Shown here piece by piece: positions 1 to 12,620 of a DNA stretch of 64,000 nt. A program made the position numbers and the translations under genes. Source of the stretch: Eledone cirrhosa. Its lineage: Eukaryota. The stretch lies in contig OZ024751.1 of the NCBI GenBank assembly GCA_964016885.1, forward strand, positions 17,546,001-17,610,000, given 5' to 3'. How positions within the stretch are numbered: the stretch's first letter is position 1; every line of letters starts with the position of its first letter. The notes beneath the pieces were generated by a model, which saw only the letters and a program-made list of their open reading frames with translations, was not told the DNA's origin and made no database searches.

Positions 1-841
1 CTATGTAAGATGGGATGAAAAAAAAACAACTGGCCGGATATTGAAACAGATTGCAAATGTTGTGGTAATTGTTATTTGCGATTTACTTTGCTACAGATAC
101 CAAATCACTAATAATGAAGTTATCATTATGTGTAATAAAAACAAAAACAACTAGAGCAGCAACTAAAACAAAAACAGCAACAGCAAAACAGCACTGTAGC
201 ATCCACTAACACTGCAGCTGCTATTATGAACAATTACATCATGAACAACAACAACAATGTGGCATCCATTAACATTGTAGCCGTCAGCAAGTACAATTTC
301 ATTATAAACAACAACAGCAAGGACAACAACAACAAAACTGTGGCTGGCCTGCACAACAACAATTATATCAGAAACAACAACAACTAACAAGATAGCCAAC
401 ATAATGTCTTACAAAAATATCAAAGCACAGTAGACACCATTGCATAAAACACTAACAACATACAATCTTTTACCTTTGCAGTTATCATTACATCAAATAA
501 CAACATAACCTTCATAACAAACTTAAATAACATTAATAAAAACACTAACAATATCCATACGCTGGAGACTTTCTCACATTCATTTGCAAAACCAACCAAT
601 GTTATCGAGAACAACACAAATTAAATACTGCTGTTATTTGTATTGAACATTTTCTAAACTTAATAAACGGCTGGTACAAAAGACAGAGAGCTATGAGGAA
701 ATATATACCAGACTACTGGAGTCTGTTAATCATCGAGTCTATATTATTATAATTATTGAATAAATAGCCATATATATAATATATATATATATATATATAC
801 AAAGTGTTAAAACGATCAAAATTTAGTTTAGAACATTTATT

Positions 842-888
842 TGCTGACAATTGTTTCTTCCAGGGGGAAGTCTGGAATCATCGGAGCA
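842..888 (-). ncRNA. Type I hammerhead ribozyme, CCGAUGA core variant (family A)
   Basis: Minus strand reads TGCT-CCGATGA-TTCCAG(acttcccc)CTGGAA-GAAA-CAATTG-TC^AGCA: stems I and II are perfect, stem III is palindromic, GUC cleavage triplet. Confidence 0.75.
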
Positions 889-1261
889 TAAGGTATGTTG
901 AAACATGTAACTAAAATCCTAGTCATTTAGAACATTTAGGGTACATAATTGTTATTAGTGTTAAAGGCATCATGTGGAGAATCAGGAGTTAAAAAGATGT
1001 TCTGCTTGAAAGAATACAATTACAGGCAGCACTGATTGGAAGTGTAGTAGGTATAAGTAAAAAGCACAAACAAAAAAACACAGGCATAGAAGATATAAGC
1101 AAGCATAATTGGTGTACAATGCAGGAGTCAATACAGTCAATAAGGCATGTATGATGAAAGAGGTATAATGCAGTTGAAATAAACATATTTTGTGTGGGGT
1201 ATTATAATTGTTATAAATGTTTAAGATAGTGTGCAATATGTTAGAAAACAATTTGAAAACA

Positions 1262-1413
1262 AAGAGAAAGAAAGAGAAAGAGAGAGAGAAAGAGAGAGAA
1301 AGATAAAGAGAGCGGGAGAGAGACAGAGAGAGAGAGATAGAGAGAGAGCAAGCAGGAGAGCAAGCGAGAGAGTGAGCTAGAGAGATAAAGAGAGGGAAAT
1401 AGAAAGAGAGAGC

Positions 1414-1449
<36 letters not shown>

Positions 1450-1470
1450 GAGAGAGAGTGAGAGAGAGAC

Positions 1471-1526
<56 letters not shown>
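1262..1526. repeat. (GA)n microsatellite
   Basis: Direct reading. Confidence 0.95.
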
Positions 1527-2065
1527 TTAGTGATGATACTTCAGTTATCTATATTCCAGTGGCATCTAATATATCAATATCGAGTTTTAAAACTTGATAC
1601 AATATCGTATTCAACGATTATATGTTTAGCATTTAATATGTGGTGTAAATTTGGAATAAGAAGGGATAAATTATAGAAATATTTGTGATAATTAATATCT
1701 ATCCATATTTACTAAACCTGGTATGATTCATGAATATATTTACTGTCATGTATTTACTCTCATGTGTGGTAATATGTTGGGGAGGTGTTGCACTCCAAAA
1801 TGGAGCTTATTTCCGAAATAATAAAATATCATTGTTTAATCCAGCTGGAGCGCGAATTTTTCTGAAAAATAGAAGTGAGACGCGAAAGAAAAACCTCTGA
1901 CGTAATAGCTAAAGCGGTCGTTACTAGTTATATTGAGACGTGTACAGTGCTCAGGTGTACTACAACACATCAAAAGTGCATGTATAGTTATGAAGGTGTT
2001 AAGTTATCAACCGGCTGGGATTGGATGACTCATCGCAAGCTGTATTTCTTGGCTTGGCGTCATAA

Positions 2066-2251
2066 ATGGATTGGCAGTACGGGTAGAGGATCGGACGCCT
2101 TGCTCAGCAGCGTAGAGATATGGCACTTTATGATCTGAGTTCAAACCGTGCCGAGGTTAATTTGCCTTTCATCCTTACAGGATCGTTAAAATAAAGCACC
2201 AGTAATGAACTGGGGTAATTGCTGGACTTGTTCCAAAAGTAGAAACAATTA
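2066..2251 (+). mobile_element. tRNA-derived SINE, family 1 (Meta/Sauria-like central domain)
   Basis: A box TGGCAGTACGG, B box GAGTTCAAA, GCCTTTCATCCTT...ATAA..ACCAG core, ...AAAAGTAGAAACAATT tail; many copies in the window. Confidence 0.85.
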
Positions 2252-2415
2252 TTACATTGATATAAAATATATCATAGGACAGGTTTTGTTTTCAAGCGGT
2301 TAAAGAATTTGAAAATTAGGTAGCAACATGTGCTTACGCCGTATTTAACTAAATAGAATTAGTCTCTTAGTTGGGATGTAAAAAAACCCTCTGAATGGAA
2401 AAAAAGGGTGAGCAT

Positions 2416-2486
2416 TGACGTACATCGGACGCGAACCCACATCTTTGGCCTGCCGGACCAATGTGTTACCATTAGACCAACACGCC
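2416..2486 (-). pseudogene. tRNA-like sequence (tRNA pseudogene or SINE head)
   Basis: GGCGTGT-TGGTCTAATGGTAA...TTGGT-CCGGCAG-GCCAA...GGTTCGCGTCC...GTACGTC: A and B boxes, anticodon stem, acceptor stem rich in G-U pairs. Confidence 0.55.
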
Positions 2487-2748
2487 ACCCATGCTTCCTT
2501 CCATTCAATTAGAAGCTATATAACCATAGCAGGTGTGCGTGTGTGCGTGTGTGCGTGTGTGTGTGTGTGTGAATAGGGAGACACAAAGCAAGCTTTGCTA
2601 ACTTACGGCTAGCGAATTTGATATGCATGTATCATTAGGTTATGAAATGTGGTTATGAAATAGTTAAGTTAAAAACCAGCTGGCTTCGGATGAAACACGG
2701 GAAGCTGTGTTTCTTAGCCTGGCGTCAGAAAAGCTATATTATTTACTT

Positions 2749-2939
2749 GTGGTGGATTGGCAGTATCGGTAGAGGGTCGGACGCCATGCTTTGCAGCAAA
2801 GAGTTACGGCCCTTTATGGTCTGAGTTCAAATCCCGCCAAGGTTAACTTTGCCTTTCATCCTTACGGGGTCGATAAAATAAGGTACCAGTAATGCACTGG
2901 GTAATTGCTGGCCTTGTGCCAAAAGTAGAAACAATTATT
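2749..2939 (+). mobile_element. SINE family 1, full length
   Basis: GGTGGATTGGCAGTATCGGTAGAGGGTCGGAC...GAGTTCAAATCCCGCC...GTAGAAACAATTATT. Confidence 0.9.
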
Positions 2940-3299
2940 TACTCGTATTTTTTTAGAGTTGGTAGACATTCCTATCGGTTATTTTATGATATTTGATTGT
3001 TATTTTCATGTGGTAGTAACATGTTGAGTACTTTACATTGACGTCAAAGTATCCCAATGTATCTTTTTAAAACATTTTAAGTCCTACAACGTACACATCC
3101 TCCTCCTCATCATCACCATCATCATCATATTCAGCATCATCAACAACAACGTATCCATTGTCACCATCATCATCATCAGTTTCTATCTACTGTATAAGAT
3201 CCTAGATGAGCTTAAAGTGCAGCAAGAAATAAAAACGATGACACTATTGCCTATGGACAATCAATACAAAATACATTGGTCAGTCTGATGTCGATCGGA

Positions 3300-3369
3300 T
3301 AGGTCGCACCCTAAAAATGTATACTTATTTATCGTTAAAAATGTGCGACTTATACGCGAGTATGTACGG
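3300..3369. mobile_element. Terminus of a Tc2/pogo-like DNA transposon
   Basis: GTGCGACTTATACGCGAGTATGTACGG followed by TA resembles the CCGTA...TATAAG.CGCAC terminal inverted repeat; the partner end is not clear. Confidence 0.4.
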
Positions 3370-3519
3370 TATATAGAAATTATAGGAACAACTGTGGGGA
3401 AGGAGCAGGGTCTCATTCCGTGGGGTAGAATAAAGGAAAGAGAAAAAGAAAGGAGTCTTATCGAAGTCAGTATTATAAATATTTAATATTTCCCCCCAAA
3501 AAAATAAAGCGAGCATCAA

Positions 3520-3957
3520 TGATTTCATCATCGTCGTCTTCATCGTTTTCATCGTTTTCATCGCCGTCGTCTTCATTGTCGTCGTCTTCATCGCCATCGT
3601 CTTCATCGTCGTCGTCTTTATCGTCATCGTATTCATCGTCTTCATCGTCTTCATCGCCATCGTCATCGTTATCGTCACCATCGTCTTCATCGTCACCATC
3701 GTCGTTTAGTCGTCTTCATCGTCGTCGTCTTCATCGTCGTCGTTGTCGTCTTCATCATCATGGGCTACATCGTCTTCATCGTCTTCTTCGTCTTCTTCGT
3801 CGTTGTCGTCGTCGTCGTCGTCGTCGTCATCGTCGTTATCGTCACCCTCGTCCCCATCATCTTCGTCCACATCATAATCAATATCGTCATAATGACGACG
3901 ACGACGACGACCACCACCACCACCACCACCACCACCACCACCACCACCACCACCACC

Positions 3958-3991
<34 letters not shown>

Positions 3992-4040
3992 TCAGCATCA
4001 TCATCGCCATAATCATAACCATCACCACCACTACCACTAC
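3520..4040. repeat. Compound trinucleotide repeat (TCG/TCA/CCA)n
   Basis: Direct reading; explains the poly-S/H/D/G ORFs. Confidence 0.95.
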
Positions 4041-4128
4041 TGACATCAAAACGATAAATAGCACCACCTCTCATAATACCTTATTGTGTTGTTTAGCTTT
4101 ACCAACATCGTCGTCAGTATATCCTTAT

Positions 4129-5708
4129 GTATCCTTAGCCATCGTCTGTATCCTTAGCCATCGTCTGTGTCCTTAGCCATCGTCTGCATCCTTGGCCATT
4201 ATCTGCATCCTTAGCCATCGACTGCACCCTTAGCCATCGACTGTATCCTTAGCCATCGTCTGCATCCTTAGCCATCGTCTGCTTCCTTAGACATCGTCTG
4301 CATCGTTAGCCATTGTCTGCATCCTTAGCCATCGTCTGCATCCTTAGCCATCGTCTGCATCCTTAGCCATCGACTGTATCCTTAGCCATCAACTGTATCC
4401 TTAGCCATCGACTGTATCCTTAGACATCGTCTGCTTCCTTAGCCATTGTCTGCATCCTTAGCCATCGTCTGCATCCTTAGCCATCGTCTGCATCCTTAGC
4501 CATTGACTGTATCCTTCGCCATTGTCTGCATCCTTAGCCATCGACTGTATCCTTAGCCATTGTCTGTATCCTTAGCCATCAACTGTATCCTTAGCCATCG
4601 TCTGTATCCTTAGCCATCAACTGTATCCTTAGCCATCGTCTGTATCCTTAGCCATCGACTGTATCCTTAGCCATTGTCTGTATCCTTAGCCATCGACTGC
4701 ATCCTTAGCCATCGACTGCACCCTTAGCCATCGTCTGTATCCTTATCCATCGTCTGCACCCTTAGCCATCGTCTGTATCCTTAGCCATCGACTGCATCCT
4801 TAGCCATCGACTGCACCCTTAGCCATCGTCTGTATCCTTATCCATCGTCTGCACCCTTAGCCATCAACTGTATCCTTAGCCATCGTCTGTATCCTTATCC
4901 ATCGTCTGCACCCTTAGCCATCGTCTGTATCCTTAGCCATCGACTGTATCCTTAGCCATTGTCTGTATCCTTAGCCATCGACTGCATCCTTAGCCATCGA
5001 CTGCACCCTTAGCCATCGTCTGTATCCTTATCCATCGTCTGCACCCTTAGCCATCGTCTGTATCCTTAGCCATCGACTGTATCCTTAGCCATTGTCTGTA
5101 TCCTTAGCCATCAACTGTATCCTTAGCCATCGTCTGTATCCTTATCCATCGTCTGCACCCTTAGCCATCGTCTGTATCCTTAGCCATCGACTGTATCCTT
5201 AGCCATTGTCTGTATCCTTAGCCATCGACTGCATCCTTAGCCATCGACTGCACCCTTAGCCATCGTCTGTATCCTTATCCATCGTCTGCACCCTTAGCCA
5301 TCGTCTGTATCCTTAGCCATCGTCTGTATCCTTAGCCATCGTCTGTATCCTTATCCATCGTCTGCACCCTTAGCCATCGTCTGCACCCTTAGCCATCGTC
5401 TGTATCCTTAGCCATTGTCTGTATCCTTAGCCATCGACTGCATCCTTAGCCATCGACTGCACCCTTAGCCATCGTCTGTATCCTTATCCATCGTCTGCAC
5501 CCTTAGCCATCGTCTGTATCCTTATCCATCGTCTGCACCCTTAGCCATCGTCTGTATCCTTATCCATCGTCTGCACCCTTAGCCATCGTCTGTATCCTTA
5601 TCCATCGTCTGCACCCTTAGCCATCGTCTGTATCCTTATCCATCGTCTGTATCCTTATCCATCGTCTGCATCCTTAGCCATCGTCTGCATCCTTAGCCAT
5701 CGACTGTA
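4129..5708. repeat. 19-bp minisatellite (CCTTAGCCATCGTCTGTAT)n, about 83 units
   Basis: Tandem units with a few recurring variants. Confidence 0.95.
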
Positions 5709-6128
5709 TATTTATCCAGCAAAGTAATCGACTTAAGTTATCAGATACATCCGAAACATTACTCTCATCATCTTAATCAAAATCATCATTAAGTCCTTCT
5801 CTTAACATTCCTATATTCAATATGCTACCAAATTATTATCACAAAACTATATTGAAGATGAATCACACAAGTTCCTTATGTCTGTTAGATGAACAATTGA
5901 ACTTAGGTTTTCATTTTGCAACACCCCCAGATAATATTGACACGTTATTCTTCAAAATATAACATGAAGGTCACTTTTTATAAAATATAGGTTCATTGTA
6001 TACATATGTCAAAATTAAGGGTGTCATGTCTGAGAGACATACGCCATATCCACTGTAGAATAAGCTCAAAGATTCCAATGAGTAGATCCGAGCATTTATA
6101 TCAACTAGAAATTGATTGATATATATAT

Positions 6129-6203
6129 GGCGGTGCCCCAGCATGGCCTCAGCCGGATGGCTGAAACAGGTAAAAGAGTAAAAGAGTAAAAGAGTAAAAG
6201 AGT
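6129..6203 (+). mobile_element. 3' tail fragment of a retroposon with (GAGTAAAA)n end
   Basis: GGCGGTGCCCCAGCATGGCCTCAGCCGGATGGCTGAAACAGGTAAAAGAG; identical copy at about 29078-29129; both lie in (TA)n. Confidence 0.65.
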
Positions 6204-6595
6204 ATATATATACCAACAAATAACGAAACGAAATTAAATTTCGTTTCGTTTGTAACTCACTTTTGTATGACTGACGCTTAAACAATTAAGTTAAAAATGT
6301 ACATCCACATATGTATACGTGTGTGTATTCATATGCATACTAGTATTTCAGTATACATATGTGGATGTACATTTTTAACTTAATAGTATATATATATATA
6401 AATAAACATATGAAACAATCACAGGGAATGCATTAACTTTGGTCCTTGATAGCTATACAATGTATACACACACACATATATATATATATATACATATACA
6501 CACATATATATATAAAACATACACACACATATACATACACACACACATGTATACATGCACACACATACATACACACGCACACACACATATATATC

Positions 6596-6647
<52 letters not shown>

Positions 6648-6921
6648 CATATAGAGAGACGAGTGGTTTAATAATCAATGTACATTTCGCTAAATCTGGC
6701 CATTAGTATGAAGATATGATGTTGGAGGTTACATTCCATTATCTCGATATCTATTCTGTAGAAACATACATAAATATATGTGTTGAAAATGAAAATAAAA
6801 GCATGTGAAATCTTGCTAATATTGCATGAGAGAATCGTAAACAAAAATAAAGAACTAAATCTCAACATCTTAGATAAGACTTAACGTTTATTATGAGGTC
6901 AGAGCATAAACAAATTCATAT

Positions 6922-7100
6922 AACTGTTTCTACTTTAGGCACAAGGCCAGCAATTACCCAGTGCATTACTGGTACTTTATTTTATCGACCCCGTAAGGAT
7001 GAAAGGCAAAGTCAACCTCGGCGTAATTTGAACTCAGACTGTAAAGGGACGTAATTATGCTGGAAAGCATGGCGTCCGACCCTCCACCGATACTGCCAAT
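6922..7100 (-). mobile_element. SINE family 1
   Basis: Reverse complement of the family consensus. Confidence 0.9.
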
Positions 7101-7164
7101 ATAACGCTCATGTATTATCACATCATAAATTTCTTACAGCAACACTGTGTATCTGTTTATTATG

Positions 7165-7554
7165 CAGGGTGAGACAAAAGTAGCGTACCATAAAGATAAT
7201 ATATTAAAAGTGATAAAATGTAATTACCTTGAAACATTGTATATACTATATAGTGTGGAAAGTGATATAAGGTGTGGAAAGTGACAATGCAGAACGGACA
7301 GTAAGAAGTAGGTAACATCAATGTAAGTTACCTGGTATCCTTTGTTTTGTTTTGTTGCTGCTATTTCTTTCGTTCTAATATTTCGGAACTTAAAATTCCT
7401 TTGTTCAGAGTATAACGAACTCTCATAAAAAAATGTTTCGGTATCTACTCTTTGGAAATATATTTAAATGTTATTAAAAGTATAATTACACAGGAAAATT
7501 GAAAACATGTTTAATTAATTAACCCCTATGGTGTGCGACTTTTGCCTCACCCTG
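7165..7554. mobile_element. Tc1/mariner-type MITE, about 390 bp
   Basis: 28-bp terminal inverted repeats CAGGGTGAGACAAAAGTAGCGTACCATA / TATGGTGTGCGACTTTTGCCTCACCCTG; TA on the right flank (TG on the left); non-coding interior. Confidence 0.8.
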
Positions 7555-8594
7555 TACATAAACATTTTCTATATGAGTGCATGCTGTGTAAAAGACACTG
7601 GTAAATTTACATAATTGATTTATTATTAAATCTATGTAAAGAGATGAACTTCACTATCCCAGTATCTGATAAAAAAAAATAAACACAGATAACAAAAGAT
7701 ATTCCTGAAATACATATATAATGCATTTAAACGGAAACTGTGAGATGACCAATGCTTAAAATACCCACAGCGAGTCTTTGTATGTTCAGAATACATAGCC
7801 ATAATGTGTCTGGATTTGTAAACACATTTATTCTCGAACACAATATGTTATTGCTACCGTTAATTTATATTAATTAAGTAGTATAGATAATACGAAGCAT
7901 TGTGAGATATGTAATTAATGACTGATAAGTTTTAAAAAGTCGATACAATGCGGTAGAATTATCTAAAGGGAAAAGGATGACAATTGAAACAGAACATTTG
8001 AAAAGAGGGCAACAACGCTGAAATATCATGTTGAAATATATTGGGAAAAACGTTATTTTGTTTCGTTTCATTCATCATCGTTTTGTTCGTTATATATTTC
8101 TAACGCATTGTACAGGTTTCCTGAAACTTAACTGTCATAAAATGAATAAATTCCCCTGATATTTCGACAGATAATTACTATTCTCGAACATAAACTGATA
8201 AATTCTACTGATATATCATCAGATATGTGACTGTCAGGGAAACTTGCGATATCAATCATATTTCGTGTTTCATAAGCTCGAAAAAAGAATCTTACCGTTG
8301 ACATTTAAGAAAAGAGGTTTTCCAAACGATTTCAGATTTTTTTTTTTTTTATTCCGTATGGGATTTATTTTATATAATTATTTTCTTTCGAAACTTTGAA
8401 CATTGTGAAACATTTCTGAGATTAAATATTTTAAATGTATTATTTGGACATTTCAGTAAATTTTATGTCTTCTATGGAATCTCCCATCTAGTGTATGTTT
8501 TTTTTTTGTTTTTTGTTATAGCAGAAACCTCGGAGATCCGCTTCATATATAGTAATATATAATGTATCATGCTTGCAGGAATGGTATGAATAAT

Positions 8595-8595
<1 letters not shown>

Positions 8596-8671
<76 letters not shown>

Positions 8672-8682
8672 GTGTGTGTATG

Positions 8683-8721
<39 letters not shown>

Positions 8722-9183
8722 GTGTGTGTATGTATATACATATATATATATACATGCATATATATATATATATATGCATATATATATGCATATATATATA
8801 TGCATGTATATATGTATATGCATGTATATATATATATATATGGATATATATATATGGATATATATATATGTATGTATATATATATATATATATGGATATA
8901 TATATATGCATATATATATATGTATATATATATGCATATATATACATGCATATATATGCATATATATATATACATGCATATATATATATACATGCATATA
9001 TATATATATACATACATATATATATGCATATATATATATATGCATACATATATGTATGTATATATATATGCATATATATATATGCATGTATATATATATA
9101 TATATATATATATGCACATATATATATATGCATATATATATATATATATATATATATGCATATATATATATATATATATATGC

Positions 9184-9250
<67 letters not shown>

Positions 9251-9305
9251 TATATATATATATGCATGTGTATATATATGTATACATATATATATATATA
9301 TATAC
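8596..9305. repeat. (TA)n microsatellite with TGCA interruptions
   Basis: Direct reading. Confidence 0.95.
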
Positions 9306-9579
9306 AAAGAATGTAAATAACATAATTAAATGTATTGAAAAATGATCATGGTGTTGTGTTTTTTATTTTGATTCGAAACCTGTTAGATATTCATATTTAC
9401 ATTATAGCAGATAATTTCAAAGGACAGAAACGTAACATGTAATATAATATGATACTATAAAATATAAATTTATATAACATAATCTATATATTACTATAAA
9501 AAAGAGAGGAGCGCGGCTCTGCGCCCATATTATATTTTTTCATCCCGTTTGTAACATAAGTTGGATTACTTTGAATAAA

Positions 9580-10157
9580 TAATTGTTTCTACTTTAGGCT
9601 CAAGGCAAGCAATTATCCAGTACATTACTGGTACTTTATTTTATCGACCTCGTAAGGATGAAAGGCAAAGTTAACCTCGGCGGGATTTGAACTCAGACTG
9701 TAAAGGGACGTAACTATGCTAGAAAGCATGGCGTCCAACCCTCTACCGATACTGCCAATTCACCGCCCAATAATTGTTTCTACTTTTGGCACAAGGCCAG
9801 AAAATTCCCAGTACATTACTGGTACTTTATTTTATCGACCCCATAAGGATGAAAGGCAAAGTTAACCTCGGCGGGATTTGAACTCAGTCTGTAAAGGGAC
9901 GTAACTCTGCTAGAAAGCATGGCGTCCAACCTTCTACCGATACTGCCAATTCACCTTACTTTGAATAAATAATTGTTTCTACTTTTGGCACAAGGCCAGC
10001 AATTTACCAGTGCATTACTGGTACTTTATTTTATCGGTCTCGTAAGGATGAAAGGCAAAGTTAACGTCGGCGGGTTTTGAACTCAGATCATAAAGGGAGG
10101 TAACTTTATGCTTCAAAGCATGGCGTCCGACCGTCTACCGATACTGCCAATCCACCA
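9580..10157 (-). mobile_element. Three tandem SINE family 1 copies
   Basis: Copies at about 9580-9768, 9770-9954 and 9970-10157. Confidence 0.9.
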
Positions 10158-10769
10158 TTGCTTTGAATAAATAATGAATGAATATTATAGAATTAATGTA
10201 CTAAATTTCGTAACTGTTTCTTAAATATAAATAATTTTATTGCTCATTTTAAGATTCACTTCTTTAAAATATTCAAATGTTAACACTTCCGGTTAGAGCC
10301 CGTTATATTATAACGTTTATTACATCACATTTATATATAATATCGCCTGCAGTTTATATATAATATCGTATTTTTTTAAAGTATCATGGATTACTTTACT
10401 TATTGCATAAGAGTGTGTAACATGGACTTCGTTCAATTTCTGTGCATATTGTCAATTACGATTTCATTTGATGTATCTTATCTATATGTATATATATTTG
10501 CGTATAATATCAATATGGACACTACACGGAAGGGTGGTTTTTCTGCTAGTATAATCTAATATAGTACAAATTATCCATAGATATTTTCATCCAACCATCA
10601 AAAGAATTTTTATCTCACGGAATACTATTTTTCGGAAATTATTTGTTTTTTTCCACCACGATCGGAATCATACTCTCATGCCGAACTTAGTAGTGATTGG
10701 CTATATATGACGATTGGGTTTGGATATTTTATTTATATTAAAATCGCTACTGTCTCTATATGATATAAA

Positions 10770-10870
10770 TAATTATTTTTACTTTTGGCGCATATAGCCA
10801 GCAATTACCCCAGTTCATTACTGATGAAGGGCAAAGCTAATTTCGGCGAGATTTGAACTCAGATCGTAAA
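10770..10870 (-). mobile_element. Internally deleted SINE family 1 fragment
   Basis: Tail and B box are present; the central part is missing. Confidence 0.7.
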
Positions 10871-11387
10871 TGACGCATTAAGGACCATAACTATGATATA
10901 AATGATGGTGTTTGAACAAAGTTTTTCACTTTGTGATAAAATATCCTTCTATATATATGTGTGTGTGTGGTGCGTGCGTGCGTGCGTGTGTGTGTGTGTA
11001 TGCAAGCATGCATGCATATAGTAGGTGCACCATAGAAGATTTTGTAAATTATGATCGACTAAGAAGAGAACACAAAATTGTCGAGTCCGAAATATTGGTA
11101 CCTCACGGATACGAGATTCTGGATTTAGAAATGTATTTTTCCTACTTCAGAGGTTTCTTAACTAACGAATCATGTCTATTTGCGTCTCCATTCAGTACCC
11201 TGAAACCATAACTATCTATCTAAATGTTCATTTCTTTTTCTCTCTATATATATATATGTATATGTATATATAAATGTATATATCATTTACTTTTATACAT
11301 ATATATGTATATATCATTTACTTTTATACATATATATGTATATATCATTTAATTTTATACATATATATGTATATATCATTTACTTAT

Positions 11388-11419
<32 letters not shown>

Positions 11420-11420
11420 A

Positions 11421-11683
11421 AGAAGGAATGTGGTAAGGAACAGATGGAACATAACGCACCAAAGTACTCAATACTTAGGGTAGTAGACTGGGTAATAGGA
11501 ACGAGTATCAGCCCAATGGCTGAGCTCAAGCCGTTTCGACGGCTGATTCTGGATTAACCGTCGAAACGGCTTGAGCTCAGCCGTCGGGGTCCTACTCGTT
11601 CCTATATATATATATATATATATAGGAACGAGTAGGACCCCGACGGCTGAGCTCAAGCCGTTTCGACGGTTAATCGTCGGCTA
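11421..11683. mobile_element. Fold-back cassette, family C (contains the 3' half of a hammerhead)
   Basis: Inverted copies of CCGTC-GAAA-CGGCTTGAGCTCAGCCG-TC-GGGG inside (TA)n; relatives at 12929-13044, 13178-13352 and 27576-27748. Confidence 0.7.
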
Positions 11684-11746
11684 ATATATATATATATGTA
11701 TGTATATATCATTTCCGGTTGTATATATATATATATATATATTCAT

Positions 11747-11798
<52 letters not shown>

Positions 11799-11822
11799 CA
11801 TTTACTGTTGTATATATATATA

Positions 11823-11861
<39 letters not shown>

Positions 11862-12340
11862 GAATGTATATATCATTTACTTTTATATATATATATATAT
11901 ATATGCAAATTATATGTGTGTTTAAGTGGGCGGGTGGGTGTGGGGGGGGGGGGGGATGGAGTAAGCCGACTTTAGTAGTAAGAGGAAGAAAGAAATCTAG
12001 TAGAAATTCGTGGTGTATATATTCCAAATATATACTTGAGTGTTGATATTACATCCACACACTCCATAAGGATTTGCAAATACGACATACACTTGCCGCA
12101 GGTTATTGAATGTTGTATATTTTGAGATTGCTGAACACGTTCAATGGTCAACAACACGACGTTGCAGAGAGTTCTCTCAGCACTAGAAAAAAAAATATAT
12201 ATATATATATGCAAAAATTCTATTTAAATTGTTGGGATACAACAAGCAAATATTTTTATAACTGATATAAAGCACTTGACAAGTATTTGGAGTAAATATA
12301 CGATATTAACAAAAGGAAACTATATTTATAAAACCATATC

Positions 12341-12405
12341 TATTTTATTATACATATTTCAAGGATACCATGTTAAATTATGGTATGCTTTCATCAGACA
12401 AAATA
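12341..12405 (-). ncRNA. Type I hammerhead ribozyme (family B), left arm of an inverted repeat
   Basis: Reverse complement of 12556-12620. Confidence 0.8.
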
Positions 12406-12555
12406 CAATATATACCAGTTTTATAAATAAATATTGACATACCCTTTCACAATGCAACCGTTACTTTTGGAAGACTATCCCTGATGTTTTCCAAAAGTAA
12501 CGGTTGCATTTTGAAAGGGTATGTCAATATTTATTTATAAAACTGGTATATATTG

Positions 12556-12620
12556 TATTTTGTCTGATGAAAGCATACCATAATTTAACATGGTATCCTT
12601 GAAATATGTATAATAAAATA
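12556..12620 (+). ncRNA. Type I hammerhead ribozyme (family B)
   Basis: TATTTTGT-CTGATGA-AAGcATACCA(loop)TGGTATcCTT-GAAA-TATGTA-TA^ATAAAATA. Confidence 0.85.

Noticed and set aside
3325-4176. Poly-His/Asp/Ser ORFs
   Set aside because: Trinucleotide repeats only.
8150-8245. CTGATGA and GAAA on the minus strand
   Set aside because: Stems I and II could not both be formed around the core.
8472-9345. Tyr/Ile-rich ORFs here and at many other TA tracts
   Set aside because: (TA)n translations with no stop codons in any frame; no protein signal.
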